Below are positions 38,020-46,983 of a DNA stretch of 64,000 bases, one piece after another. Source of the stretch: an uncultured Bacteroidia bacterium. GTDB lineage: Bacteria > Bacteroidota > Bacteroidia > Bacteroidales > UBA932. The DNA lies in assembly GCA_902785065.1 (NCBI GenBank), contig CACZXH010000008.1, forward strand, positions 72 to 64,071, in the 5' to 3' direction. The notes beneath the pieces are model-generated. The model was given only the letters and a program-made list of their open reading frames with translations, was not told where the DNA came from and did no database searches. Within the stretch, counting starts at the first letter, position 1. Each line of letters begins with the position of its first letter. A program made the position numbers and the translations under genes.

Positions 38020-41000
38020 CTACTGGGGATTTTCTTGTTTCTTGAATTCGGATGGAGAAAGGTTCCAGCGGCGTTTGAAGCAGACGCTGAAGTACTTTGG
38101 ATTGGCAAAACCCGTGCGGTCCGACACTTCGGCCACGGTCAGGTCGGAGTCTTTCAGCAGTTGAGCGGCCCGCTTGAGCCGGATGTCCACGATGAATTCT
38201 TTGATGGACATACCGGTCAGGTCCTTAATCTTCTGGTACAGGATGGTCCGCCCGATGGCCATGTCGAAGACGAACTCGTCCACGTCGTAGTCGTTGTTGT
38301 CCATATTCTTCTCTATGAAGGCCATCGCCCTGGATAGGAGCTGTTCGTCGAGCGAGGAGATGACCAGCTTGGCCGGTTCGGCCACGAAGCGCTTGGAGAA
38401 ATACTCCCGGAATTCCGCCTGCATACGCAGCAGACCGTCCACCTGCGAGAACAGATAGTCCATTTCGAACGGCTTTTCGATGAAGACGTTCGCCCCGCTT
38501 TCGAGGGCCTTCACCTTGCTGGAGGAGTCACCCGACAGGACGATGACCGGGATATGGCTGGACTTGAAACTGCCCCGCAGCGTACGGCACACCTCGAAGC
38601 CGTCGGTTTCGGCCATCATCAGGTCGGTGATGACCACCTGCGGACGGACCCGCTCCACGGTTTCCAAGCCTTCCGCACCACCCGAAGCGACATACACGTT
38701 AAATTTGGCGGACAGGTGCTCTTCCAAATAATTGCGGAGATCCCGGTTGTCGTCGATGACCACCACGGTATCGGACTTGCGGGAACGGCGGTCGGACCGC
38801 TCGCTCCCGGCCATCTCCTCCACGAGAGCATTGATTTCCTTCTCAACGAAGACATAGGAGTCCGATGCGTCATCTTCGTCCGTGGCCTTGCACTTCGGGA
38901 GGGGCAGGGAAACGGTGAACGTGACCCGGCTGTCGGCCGAGCGAGCGCTGATCTCCCCGCCCAACTGCGTCACCAGTTGTTTGACGATGGCCAGACCCAG
39001 GCCCGTACTGCTCTCGAACTGGGGTTCAAATCCCTTGTCCAGATTGGCCGTTCCCGTATTGGCGACACTCACGCTGACGCCTGGTCCCTCCGGCGCGCCG
39101 GACGGTCCGATGTGGACCGAAATGAGACCGGGGAGGGTGGTGTACTTGACGGCGTTGCTGAACAGGTTCGTGAATATCTTCTCGATGACCTCGTGGTCGA
39201 ACACGCTGTGATAAGACTCGAACTGGGATTGGAATTCCATCTCGATGCCCTGGCGGTTAGCATACAGTTCGAACAGGGAGAAGATGCTCTCCAGGAAACT
39301 CACCAGTTCCCCGTGGCGAGGGTGCAGAGGGAAATGCCGGCTTTCAATCTGGCGGAAAGTCAGCAGTTGCCCGATCATCCGCTGCATCCGGGTCACGCTA
39401 CGTTCGATGAGCCGGGTATATTTCGTAGCCGACGAATCCTCCGGGATATGTTCCTTGAGCTGCCGCAACGGATCCACGATCAGGGAAAGCGGGGTCTTGA
39501 GGTCGTGGGAGATGCTGGTAAAGAAATCCTCTTTCATCTTCTCCAGTTCCATCTGTTCCCGGTACACCTTCCGGTTGGTGAAATAGCGCCAGATGAAGAC
39601 GGCGATGCCCAGCAACAGAAGAAAATAGATCAGCTTGGCCCACCACGCAAGGAAAGGGGAAGGCCGGATCGTAAATGCCAGGCTCGCGATGTCGTCCCCC
39701 CAAAGGCCGTCGTTGTTGGAGGCCCGCACTTCAAAACGGTAGTTCCCGGGTTTCAGGTTGTAGTAACGCATGGACTTCTGACCGGGAGGCAGCACGGTCC
39801 AGCTGTCGTCCAAGCCGGCCAGCCGGCAGGAATAACGGTTGTTCTCCGCGCGCAGATAACTGTCCGAAGAGAATCTCAGGTCGATGTTCGACTGGTTGTA
39901 CCGAAAGTCCAACGGGACCTGCGTGCCGATGTACCGCTGGGTGGGCAGGCTCTCGTCGTTCACCCGGATGTCGGTGAAAAACACGCTGGGTTTCCAACCA
40001 TTGGTCTTGATCTCGGCCGGATTGACCATGATGAAGCCGTCTGTGCCACCAAAAAGCAGTTCTCCCCGGGAAGTCAGGAAGGCGGAGCGTACATAGAAAG
40101 CGCCGCAGTGGCTGGGATTGTTGACGGTGGACACAATAAGACGGCCATTCCGGAGACAGTGCAAACCGTCGTCGGTACTCATCCAGACATCGCCGGAGAC
40201 CGGATCTTCCAGGATTCCGAAGACCGTCCGCCCATTCATAGAAAGGTTCTCATAGCGGCCGTCCGGATGGAGGATGTTCACACCCGCCCCTTTCGTGCCG
40301 AACAGGATGTCTCCGCCGGAAGTGCGGCCATAGCAGCAAAGGTTGTTGACGGCGTAGGGCTGGTCCGGCAGATAGATGGTCCGAATCGTTTTCCTGGCAA
40401 CCGGGTCGAAAAGCTGGATGCCGGAACGGGTGATCAGCCAAAGATTTCCGTCCTCTCCCCGGAAAAAGGTTTCCACGTTGCGGCGGCGCTCGCTGCGCAT
40501 CACTTCAATTTTTCCGTTCTTCAGGTCCGCATGCATCAGGTCGGCGTCAGGATCGCTCATCCAAAGACCGCCCTGGCCGTCCGGCAGCAGTTCATACACA
40601 CTCAGGGACGGATCCCGGGGGCCACGCGTGATGGGCAGAGTCCGCCATCGACCTGTCCTGGCATCGAAAGTCTGGACGCCGGAGTTGAAGAACGCCACCC
40701 AGAGAGTGCCTTCGTCATCAACCCAGAGTTTCTTCACCAGATTGGATACCAGACCGCTCCCATCCTGCTGGGTATAATAGGAAAACTGATCCCGCTTCCT
40801 GTCCCAAACGGTGATGCCGCCACCTTCCGTCCCGACCCACAGGCGACCTTCCGCATCCTCGCAGAAGCAGCTCACGATGGGATGCCCCAGGCCGCCGGGG
40901 CTGGCCTTGAACCAATACTCGACATCGCTGTCCCACTCCGTGGCAAGGGCCAGCTTGCCCCCATACGTGCCTACCCATACGGTCCCTTCCGGACCGGGAC

Positions 41001-41877
41001 AGAAGGACCAGACGGAATTGCCCGGAAGGGAGAAGGGATACTGCAGGTTGGACCTCAGCAGTTCCGTCTTTCCGGTATTCGGACAGACGAGCATGAGGCC
41101 ATACTGCGTCCCCACCCAGATAATGCCGTCCCGATGCTGGTGCAATTGCTTGGCCGTGGAACCGCGGTCATTCTCGATGGGCAGCGTGAAACGGCGCAAG
41201 ACGGTTCCCTCCGGGGAACATTCGTACAGACCCTCCGAGAGGGTCAGCACATACACACGTTCTCCCGTATCCAGCACGTCGGCGATTGGATTGGACCCGA
41301 AATCGGCAAAGGCTTTCCACGCGGCCTCTCCGGGGGCTGACCTGAAAATCCGACCACCGGAAGCCACATACAGATGATTGCCGCTGGCATTGAGCGTCAG
41401 GCGCATCGGGTCAGGGTTCAAATCCGCCGGAAGAGGCTTCTCCCCCTGATCCAGTCCATACACTTTCCCGTCACAGATAAGCCAGACCGAAGCGTCCGCC
41501 GTGCGTTCCAGGGCGCCGATATTGCCCTCCAAGACTCTCTCAAAGCGGTTGTACCTGCTGTTGAAACGCTGCAGCCCATGGTTGGTCGCCAGATACAGCC
41601 TTCCCTCCCGGTCCGTCGTCAAGAATCCCATGCTCCAAGGCCGTTCGGGCTCCTGGCTGGTGACAAGCCTCGTCATGTTTTCGAACGAATCGCCGCCGAA
41701 ACGGAAGACGGCATCGGCTCCGCTGAACCAAAGACGTCCCAGGCTGTCGGTGGTGATGCTGTGGATTCCACCGTAATAAGAGGTTTCAGGCAAGGCGTGG
41801 AAACGGATATGCGACGATTGGGCGTGCGACAAAAGCACACCTAACAACAGGGCACAAGCGAGGACGATCCGTTTCAT
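38020..41877 (-). CDS. Hybrid two-component system (propeller sensor-Y_Y_Y-TM-HisKA-HATPase-REC-AraC)
   Basis: H-box FFTSISHDLKTPL, N-box NLFSNAVKYT, receiver IDDN..ITDLMM, AraC VAEVSDRTGFANPKYFSVCFK. Confidence 0.93.
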   Translation of the reverse strand: MKRIVLACALLLGVLLSHAQSSHIRFHALPETSYYGGIHSITTDSLGRLWFSGADAVFRFGGDSFENMTRLVTSQEPERPWSMGFLTTDREGRLYLATNHGLQRFNSRYNRFERVLEGNIGALERTADASVWLICDGKVYGLDQGEKPLPADLNPDPMRLTLNASGNHLYVASGGRIFRSAPGEAAWKAFADFGSNPIADVLDTGERVYVLTLSEGLYECSPEGTVLRRFTLPIENDRGSTAKQLHQHRDGIIWVGTQYGLMLVCPNTGKTELLRSNLQYPFSLPGNSVWSFCPGPEGTVWVGTYGGKLALATEWDSDVEYWFKASPGGLGHPIVSCFCEDAEGRLWVGTEGGGITVWDRKRDQFSYYTQQDGSGLVSNLVKKLWVDDEGTLWVAFFNSGVQTFDARTGRWRTLPITRGPRDPSLSVYELLPDGQGGLWMSDPDADLMHADLKNGKIEVMRSERRRNVETFFRGEDGNLWLITRSGIQLFDPVARKTIRTIYLPDQPYAVNNLCCYGRTSGGDILFGTKGAGVNILHPDGRYENLSMNGRTVFGILEDPVSGDVWMSTDDGLHCLRNGRLIVSTVNNPSHCGAFYVRSAFLTSRGELLFGGTDGFIMVNPAEIKTNGWKPSVFFTDIRVNDESLPTQRYIGTQVPLDFRYNQSNIDLRFSSDSYLRAENNRYSCRLAGLDDSWTVLPPGQKSMRYYNLKPGNYRFEVRASNNDGLWGDDIASLAFTIRPSPFLAWWAKLIYFLLLLGIAVFIWRYFTNRKVYREQMELEKMKEDFFTSISHDLKTPLSLIVDPLRQLKEHIPEDSSATKYTRLIERSVTRMQRMIGQLLTFRQIESRHFPLHPRHGELVSFLESIFSLFELYANRQGIEMEFQSQFESYHSVFDHEVIEKIFTNLFSNAVKYTTLPGLISVHIGPSGAPEGPGVSVSVANTGTANLDKGFEPQFESSTGLGLAIVKQLVTQLGGEISARSADSRVTFTVSLPLPKCKATDEDDASDSYVFVEKEINALVEEMAGSERSDRRSRKSDTVVVIDDNRDLRNYLEEHLSAKFNVYVASGGAEGLETVERVRPQVVITDLMMAETDGFEVCRTLRGSFKSSHIPVIVLSGDSSSKVKALESGANVFIEKPFEMDYLFSQVDGLLRMQAEFREYFSKRFVAEPAKLVISSLDEQLLSRAMAFIEKNMDNNDYDVDEFVFDMAIGRTILYQKIKDLTGMSIKEFIVDIRLKRAAQLLKDSDLTVAEVSDRTGFANPKYFSVCFKRRWNLSPSEFKKQENPQ

Positions 41878-41893
41878 AAACCACTGATTTTGG

Positions 41894-41901
41894 CAAATAT
41901 A
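41894..41901 (-). promoter_or_regulatory. -7 promoter box for the HTCS gene
   Basis: TATATTTG 16 nt upstream of the ATG. Confidence 0.55.
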
Positions 41902-41962
41902 CGAAAAAAGACCCGTTTTATGCCCCTCTCCTCCAGCGTAGCTGAAGAACTTCGAATAGGCC

Positions 41963-43924
41963 TTATTCCTGGAATGAATACCCGAAACCGGGACGCGTCA
42001 CGATGCAATCCGCGTAGGGACCGATCTTCTTGCGGATGCGGGTGATGTTCACGTCCACGGTGCGGGCCGTCACGATGACGTCGTCCGGCCAGACGGCCGA
42101 TAGGAGCTCCTCGCGGGAAAAGACCTTTCCGCGGTTTTCCAGGAACAGCTTCAGGAGCTCGTATTCGGTCTTGGTAAAGGACACGGTCTCTCCGTCCACG
42201 CTGATCTCCTTGGCGTCGGTGTCCATCTGGATGCCGCGGTAGCGGATGCCGTTGCGGATGGCGCCCAGGCGGGCCTCCACGACATTGATGATGTAGTCGC
42301 CGGTCTTCTCGCATTCGCTGAAAAGGTCGACGAACACGGTGCCCTTGTCGTAATCGTACTTGCGGGCGTCCAGGTTCTCGATGTTCTGCCGCTTGAGCTC
42401 GTTGCGGCAGGCGTTGATCCGGCGCTCCAGGTCCTCGGAGACGGCAATCCCGAAGTCCTCCTTGTGCCCGGACAGGACGGTGTTCATCCGCGTGAGCGCT
42501 TCTTCCACCAGCGTGAACATGCGCCGGATGCCTTCGTCCATTTCCGGCGTAAACACGATTTTCGTCGCCCGCTTGCGGCGCAGGATGCGGGCCAGATTGA
42601 AGCAGCTGTCGCCCACGGATTCGAGCTCACCGATCTGACGGAGCATCCCGCGAATCTTTTCCTTGGTCTCGTCGGACAGATGGGCCTCGCCGACAGCGCT
42701 CAGGTAGCGGCCGATCTCGTTCTCCATCCGGTCGCTGCCCTCCTCTCCCTTGCGGAGACGATCGAAGAGCTTGCCGAATGCCTGCTCATCCTCTGTCGCA
42801 TACAGTTCCCGCACTTGTTCGAACATCCGCTGCGTATTCTCTCCGAAGACGGCTATCTCCTTCTGCGCCTGCAGGACGGAGATTTCGGGGGTGTTCATGA
42901 TACCTACCCGGATGTACTGGAGGCGGAATTCGTCCTCATCCTCCACTTTCTTGGGCTTGATGAGGAAGCACACGAGCTTCTCGATCTGCGGGATGAACCA
43001 GATCAGGATGGCGGTGTTGATCACGTTGAAGCAGGTATGGAACGTCGCCAGCGCGAAGGAAAGCTGGGTGGGACTCTGCTCGGAGGCATTGGGGTCCAGG
43101 CCGACGATACCGCACACCATCCGCACGAACGGGAAAAAGAGTATGAGCACCCAGATGACGCCGAACACATTGAAAACCAAGTGCGCCATGGCCGTCCGCC
43201 GGGCCTGCGTATTCGCGCTCAGCGCGGCCAGGTTCGCCGTGACCGTAGTACCAATGTTCTCGCCCATGACCAGGGCAATGCCCTGGAAGATGGAAATCGC
43301 ACCGGTCGCGCACAGAACCATCGTTATCGCCATCAGCGCGGCGGAACTCTGCACCAGCGCCGTCAGGATCGTACCGATCAGGAGGAACAACAGGATGGTA
43401 CCGTAATTTGTCTTGAAGCTTGCGAAGAACGCTACCACCTCCGGCTTGCTGGCTAGGTCCATCTCCACCCCCGTCTGCTTGAGCATGCCCAGGGCGAACA
43501 GCAGGAAGGAAAGGCCGAAGAGAAAATCGCCGAAATAGCGGTGTTTACCGATCTGGATCAGGATGATGCCGATAAGGAAAGCCGGCCACACGACATTGAC
43601 GACATTGAAGGAGAAGCCCGCCGACATGATCCACGCGCTCATCGTCGTGCCGATGTTCGCACCCATGATAATCGAAATGGCTTGTGCAAGGGTAAGCAGC
43701 GCCGCGTTCACGAAAGACACCGTCATCACGGTCGTTGCCGCCGAAGACTGGACGGCGACGGTCACCAGCGCGCCGGTCGCCACGCCAGTCAGCCGGTTCG
43801 TGGTCATGGCGCCGAGAAGGTGCCGCAACTGCGGGCCCGCCATCTTCTGGAGGGCCTCGCTCATCATCTTCATTCCGAATATCAGGAGGGCGATCGAGCC
43901 CAGGAGCTTCAAGGCGATAAGCAT
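41963..43924 (-). CDS. nptA: Na+/phosphate symporter (NptA/NaPi-II family) + PhoU-like domain + C-terminal OmpR/PhoB winged-helix DNA-binding domain
   Basis: Two QSSAA repeats and GANIGTT/GENIGTT motifs; helical PhoU-like region (GELESVGD, ECEKTGDYIINVVEA); tail FTKTEYELLKLF..GKVFSREELLSAVW..RTVDVNITRIRKKIG..IVTRPGFGYSF. Confidence 0.9.
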   Translation of the reverse strand: MLIALKLLGSIALLIFGMKMMSEALQKMAGPQLRHLLGAMTTNRLTGVATGALVTVAVQSSAATTVMTVSFVNAALLTLAQAISIIMGANIGTTMSAWIMSAGFSFNVVNVVWPAFLIGIILIQIGKHRYFGDFLFGLSFLLFALGMLKQTGVEMDLASKPEVVAFFASFKTNYGTILLFLLIGTILTALVQSSAALMAITMVLCATGAISIFQGIALVMGENIGTTVTANLAALSANTQARRTAMAHLVFNVFGVIWVLILFFPFVRMVCGIVGLDPNASEQSPTQLSFALATFHTCFNVINTAILIWFIPQIEKLVCFLIKPKKVEDEDEFRLQYIRVGIMNTPEISVLQAQKEIAVFGENTQRMFEQVRELYATEDEQAFGKLFDRLRKGEEGSDRMENEIGRYLSAVGEAHLSDETKEKIRGMLRQIGELESVGDSCFNLARILRRKRATKIVFTPEMDEGIRRMFTLVEEALTRMNTVLSGHKEDFGIAVSEDLERRINACRNELKRQNIENLDARKYDYDKGTVFVDLFSECEKTGDYIINVVEARLGAIRNGIRYRGIQMDTDAKEISVDGETVSFTKTEYELLKLFLENRGKVFSREELLSAVWPDDVIVTARTVDVNITRIRKKIGPYADCIVTRPGFGYSFQE

Positions 43925-43941
43925 AGATACAGATTATACTG

Positions 43942-43973
43942 CAAAGATACGCATGTCGCCGGATTCTCTCAAA
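43942..43973 (-). promoter_or_regulatory. Complete Bacteroidota promoter (-33 TTTG, 20 nt spacer, -7 TATCTTTG) for the nptA fusion
   Basis: CAAAGATA at 43942-43949 and CAAA at 43970-43973 on the plus strand. Confidence 0.65.
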
Positions 43974-44003
43974 AAAAAGATTCCTTTGCCTTCAAAAAAA
44001 AGA
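43969..44003. repeat. 12 bp direct repeat TCAAAAAAAAGA x2 (23 bp period)
   Basis: Identical copies at 43969-43980 and 43992-44003. Confidence 0.8.
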
Positions 44004-44012
44004 AAGAGATGC

Positions 44013-44741
44013 CTACCGGCCGTCCTCGGTCAGGCGGCGGAATTCTTCCCGGGCGCGGGCGATCTGGACCCGGTAGCGGAAACTGGTCTGCAGGCGGGCG
44101 TAGCCAATGCAGGCGGCCGTGGCGCTGGCGTCCACGTCGCTTTGCCAGTGACAGCCCGCGATGACGCGGCTCTCGCCGGAGACGAAGGCACGGGCGAACA
44201 GGGCCTCGGCGGCATCCGGATTGATTTCAGAGAGCACCAGCGCAGCACTCCAGGCCCGGATCGTATGGCCGGAAGGATAGGAGCCTTCCGTGGCCAGCCA
44301 GGCATCGTCCTGCGGAAAAATGGATTCCTCCTTGAAGCGGGCATACGGGCGCATCCGGAAGTAATGGGCCTTGGGCCGGAAGCGGATCTGCTCGATGGTG
44401 GACACGCCATTGACGAAAGCGCGGTAGATTTCCGGCGTCTTTTCGGCGGAGATTTCCATGCCGAAAGGCACGCTGTAGATGGTCCGCAGGGTGTCCAAGT
44501 CCCAGACGGCATCCCGCTTGGCCACGGCGAGCCGTTCTGGATCCAGCCGCTGTGTCTTTCCCCACATATACCGCATGATATCATGCGTGAAAGCCTCGCC
44601 GATGGTATCAGGCGGCGCCGGGAGGCATTGCACCAGGTCCGGAAGTTCTTCCTCGGTCAGATACAGTTCGACAGCCGGCTGGGCGCGAAGGACAAAGGCA
44701 CCGAAAAACAGTGCGACAAAGGCTGGGATAAACGATTTCAT
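44013..44741 (-). CDS. Class A non-specific acid phosphatase (PAP2 superfamily), exported (~242 aa)
   Basis: Likely start MKSFIPA at 44741; the three PAP2 motifs KAHYFRMRP, SYPSGH and SRVIAGCHWQSDV; signal peptide. Confidence 0.9.
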   Translation of the reverse strand: MKSFIPAFVALFFGAFVLRAQPAVELYLTEEELPDLVQCLPAPPDTIGEAFTHDIMRYMWGKTQRLDPERLAVAKRDAVWDLDTLRTIYSVPFGMEISAEKTPEIYRAFVNGVSTIEQIRFRPKAHYFRMRPYARFKEESIFPQDDAWLATEGSYPSGHTIRAWSAALVLSEINPDAAEALFARAFVSGESRVIAGCHWQSDVDASATAACIGYARLQTSFRYRVQIARAREEFRRLTEDGR

Positions 44742-44758
44742 GTTGCAAAGATACACAA

Positions 44759-44780
44759 GCGGGAGAAAAAAACCTCCCGC
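44759..44780 (-). terminator. Hairpin between the DUF4421 gene and the phosphatase promoter (possible terminator)
   Basis: GCGGGAG-N8-CTCCCGC followed on the minus strand by TTGTGTATCTTT. Confidence 0.4.
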
Positions 44781-44809
44781 CGGGGAATAAATAAATACGG
44801 CTTCCGTTC

Positions 44810-45970
44810 CTAGAAACGCCACCCCAGGCGGATGGAGGTCGTCCAGCGGAAAAAAGAGCCCTCGGTCTTCACTTCATCACTCTGGAAGCCTCCGTAAACG
44901 ATGGAACTGATTCCCCTGTACGTGTGGTCGTTGTTGCTGGCGGAAAGGTTGACGGAAAACTGATTGTACGTGTATCCGATGCCGATGCGCGCGACATAGT
45001 TCACCTGCAGCTTACCGTTCCTGACGTCTTTGTCCACCCTCGTGTAAACCCCGTTTTCCAAATCATTGTAGGCCGTCGAGGAGAACTGGTTGAATAAGGT
45101 CACCATGGGCAGGAAAGTCAGGTTGATGGTCAGGTTGCGGAGACCTTTGTCCTTTTCGGCATACGGCTGCCGGTGGAATGGGACCAGGTTGTAAGAATAG
45201 CCGCCGCCGAACATCACCTGCGCAGTGGTCTGCCGGGCCTGGCCGTTTACCCAGTGGGCGATATCTTCTTCCGGGTCGATGCGGTATTCCCCCAGGATGA
45301 GCTTGGAGCCGAACATCCAGCTGCCGGAGCTGCGTTTCTGGAACAGATTCCCCCGATAGGCGGCTGAGTAGGCGAACTTCCGGCGGTTGAATGCATAGAA
45401 GGCGTCCAGGAGAAAAGACCGTATCTGTCCGGGCTTTTCGGTGACTCCGTCCTCGTCCCGGTAGGCCCAGTGCCCTTCTTCTCCGAAGACCTGATGAAAC
45501 TCCACCGGATTCGAATACCGGAAATACTGCGCCTGAAAGGCATATCCGGCGGACTGATAATCAAATGAATAGACATCGTCGGTTCTCCCGCCGCCCAGAT
45601 TCTTGCTCAAGGAAAGGCTCAAGTCCCCATAGCCGACCTGCACCCCGATTCCCGTGCCAACCTGGCCTTTCAGGTTGGCAGAAATGTTGACAGGTATTTC
45701 TTCAATGATCAATTCCCCCGAGGGTGACAGTTTGGCGGAAGGAAGGGAAAAGTCCTGTTTCTGGGAGAAACGGGCTTGTCTCAGGTCCCCTGTCAAGGCC
45801 AAAGTCCAACGTGGAGCCGGCACATAGACGGCATTCGGGTCCAGTGCCCTGGAAGAATCCAGGATTCTGTCCAACAGACGATAGGCAGCCCCTTTCTGCC
45901 CTTGCGCATGGGCAGGACAGAGGAAAGACAGGGTCGCCGACAAGACAAGGATGACACGGAGCAGACGCAT
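44810..45970 (-). CDS. DUF4421-like outer-membrane beta-barrel protein
   Basis: Signal peptide (start MRLLRVI at 45970), alternating beta-strand pattern, QKRSSGSW, GGGYSYNLV, C-terminal LGWRF. Confidence 0.65.
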   Translation of the reverse strand: MRLLRVILVLSATLSFLCPAHAQGQKGAAYRLLDRILDSSRALDPNAVYVPAPRWTLALTGDLRQARFSQKQDFSLPSAKLSPSGELIIEEIPVNISANLKGQVGTGIGVQVGYGDLSLSLSKNLGGGRTDDVYSFDYQSAGYAFQAQYFRYSNPVEFHQVFGEEGHWAYRDEDGVTEKPGQIRSFLLDAFYAFNRRKFAYSAAYRGNLFQKRSSGSWMFGSKLILGEYRIDPEEDIAHWVNGQARQTTAQVMFGGGYSYNLVPFHRQPYAEKDKGLRNLTINLTFLPMVTLFNQFSSTAYNDLENGVYTRVDKDVRNGKLQVNYVARIGIGYTYNQFSVNLSASNNDHTYRGISSIVYGGFQSDEVKTEGSFFRWTTSIRLGWRF

Positions 45971-46043
45971 GATTGATCGATTCTGATGCAAAAATACGGA
46001 TTATTTCCATATCACGCTTTCCTTGCGCCTGTTTTTCAAAGTA

Positions 46044-46925
46044 TTAAAGCGGCTCCATATGGACGATGATGTGCGACTGCGCGCCGAAGCGGTCCTTGAA
46101 GCGGCGCTCCACTTCTGAGGCTTTCTCGTGGGCCTCCGACAGGGGCAGAGAGCCGTCCAGGCGGATATGGACTTCGGCGGCGATGCGGTTGCCGATGCGG
46201 CGGGTGCGCAGGTTGTGGGGGTCCTCCACGCCCGGGACGCCGCGGATGAGGTCCAGCATTTCCTGTTCCATATCCGCCGGCAGCGAACTGTCGGTGAGCT
46301 CGCCAAAGCTCGGACCGAGCAGGTCCCAGGCCACCTTGACCAGCATCGCGCCCACGACAATGGACGCCAGCGGGTCCAGCACGGTCCAGCGGCTGCCCAG
46401 CAGGATGGCCCCGCCGATGCCGATGGCCGTGCCGACGGAGCTCAGTGCATCCGACCGGTGGTGCCACGCATTGGCCTCCAACGCCTTGGAATCCAGATGC
46501 TTACCTTTGATACGGGTGTATTGGAACAAGAACTCTTTCGCGACGATGGAGCCGAGGGCGGCCCAAAGGGCGATCTTTCCGGGGGCCGGCAGGTCCTCGC
46601 CCTGCAGCCAGCGCGCCAGTTTGCCGGCCCCGGACACGACGATGCCCACGGCCGCCGCGGCCAGCGCCAGGCCGATGAACAGCGTTGCCAGCGTTTCATA
46701 CTTGCCATGGCCGTAATCGTGGTCCTCGTCCTGCGGCCGGGCGCTCACGCGCACGAACACCAGCACGACAATGTCCGTCACGAAATCCGACAGCGAGTGC
46801 ACGGCGTCCGAAATCATCGCCGCCGAATGCCCCACGAGACCGGCCACGGCCTTCAGCCCGACCAGCAACAGGTTCACGACGCTTCCTGTCAGGGTTACCC
46901 GCGCTATCTCGTCTTCGCGTTTCAT
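46044..46925 (-). CDS. Cation diffusion facilitator (FieF-like) metal efflux transporter
   Basis: SDAVHSLSD, DHDYGHGKYE, AWHHRSDA and IIVHMEP motifs. Confidence 0.92.
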   Translation of the reverse strand: MKREDEIARVTLTGSVVNLLLVGLKAVAGLVGHSAAMISDAVHSLSDFVTDIVVLVFVRVSARPQDEDHDYGHGKYETLATLFIGLALAAAAVGIVVSGAGKLARWLQGEDLPAPGKIALWAALGSIVAKEFLFQYTRIKGKHLDSKALEANAWHHRSDALSSVGTAIGIGGAILLGSRWTVLDPLASIVVGAMLVKVAWDLLGPSFGELTDSSLPADMEQEMLDLIRGVPGVEDPHNLRTRRIGNRIAAEVHIRLDGSLPLSEAHEKASEVERRFKDRFGAQSHIIVHMEPL

Positions 46926-46983
46926 ACCGCAAAGATACGCAAACCCGCGAGAAAGTGTCCGCCGGAAGACGATTATTGCCGCA

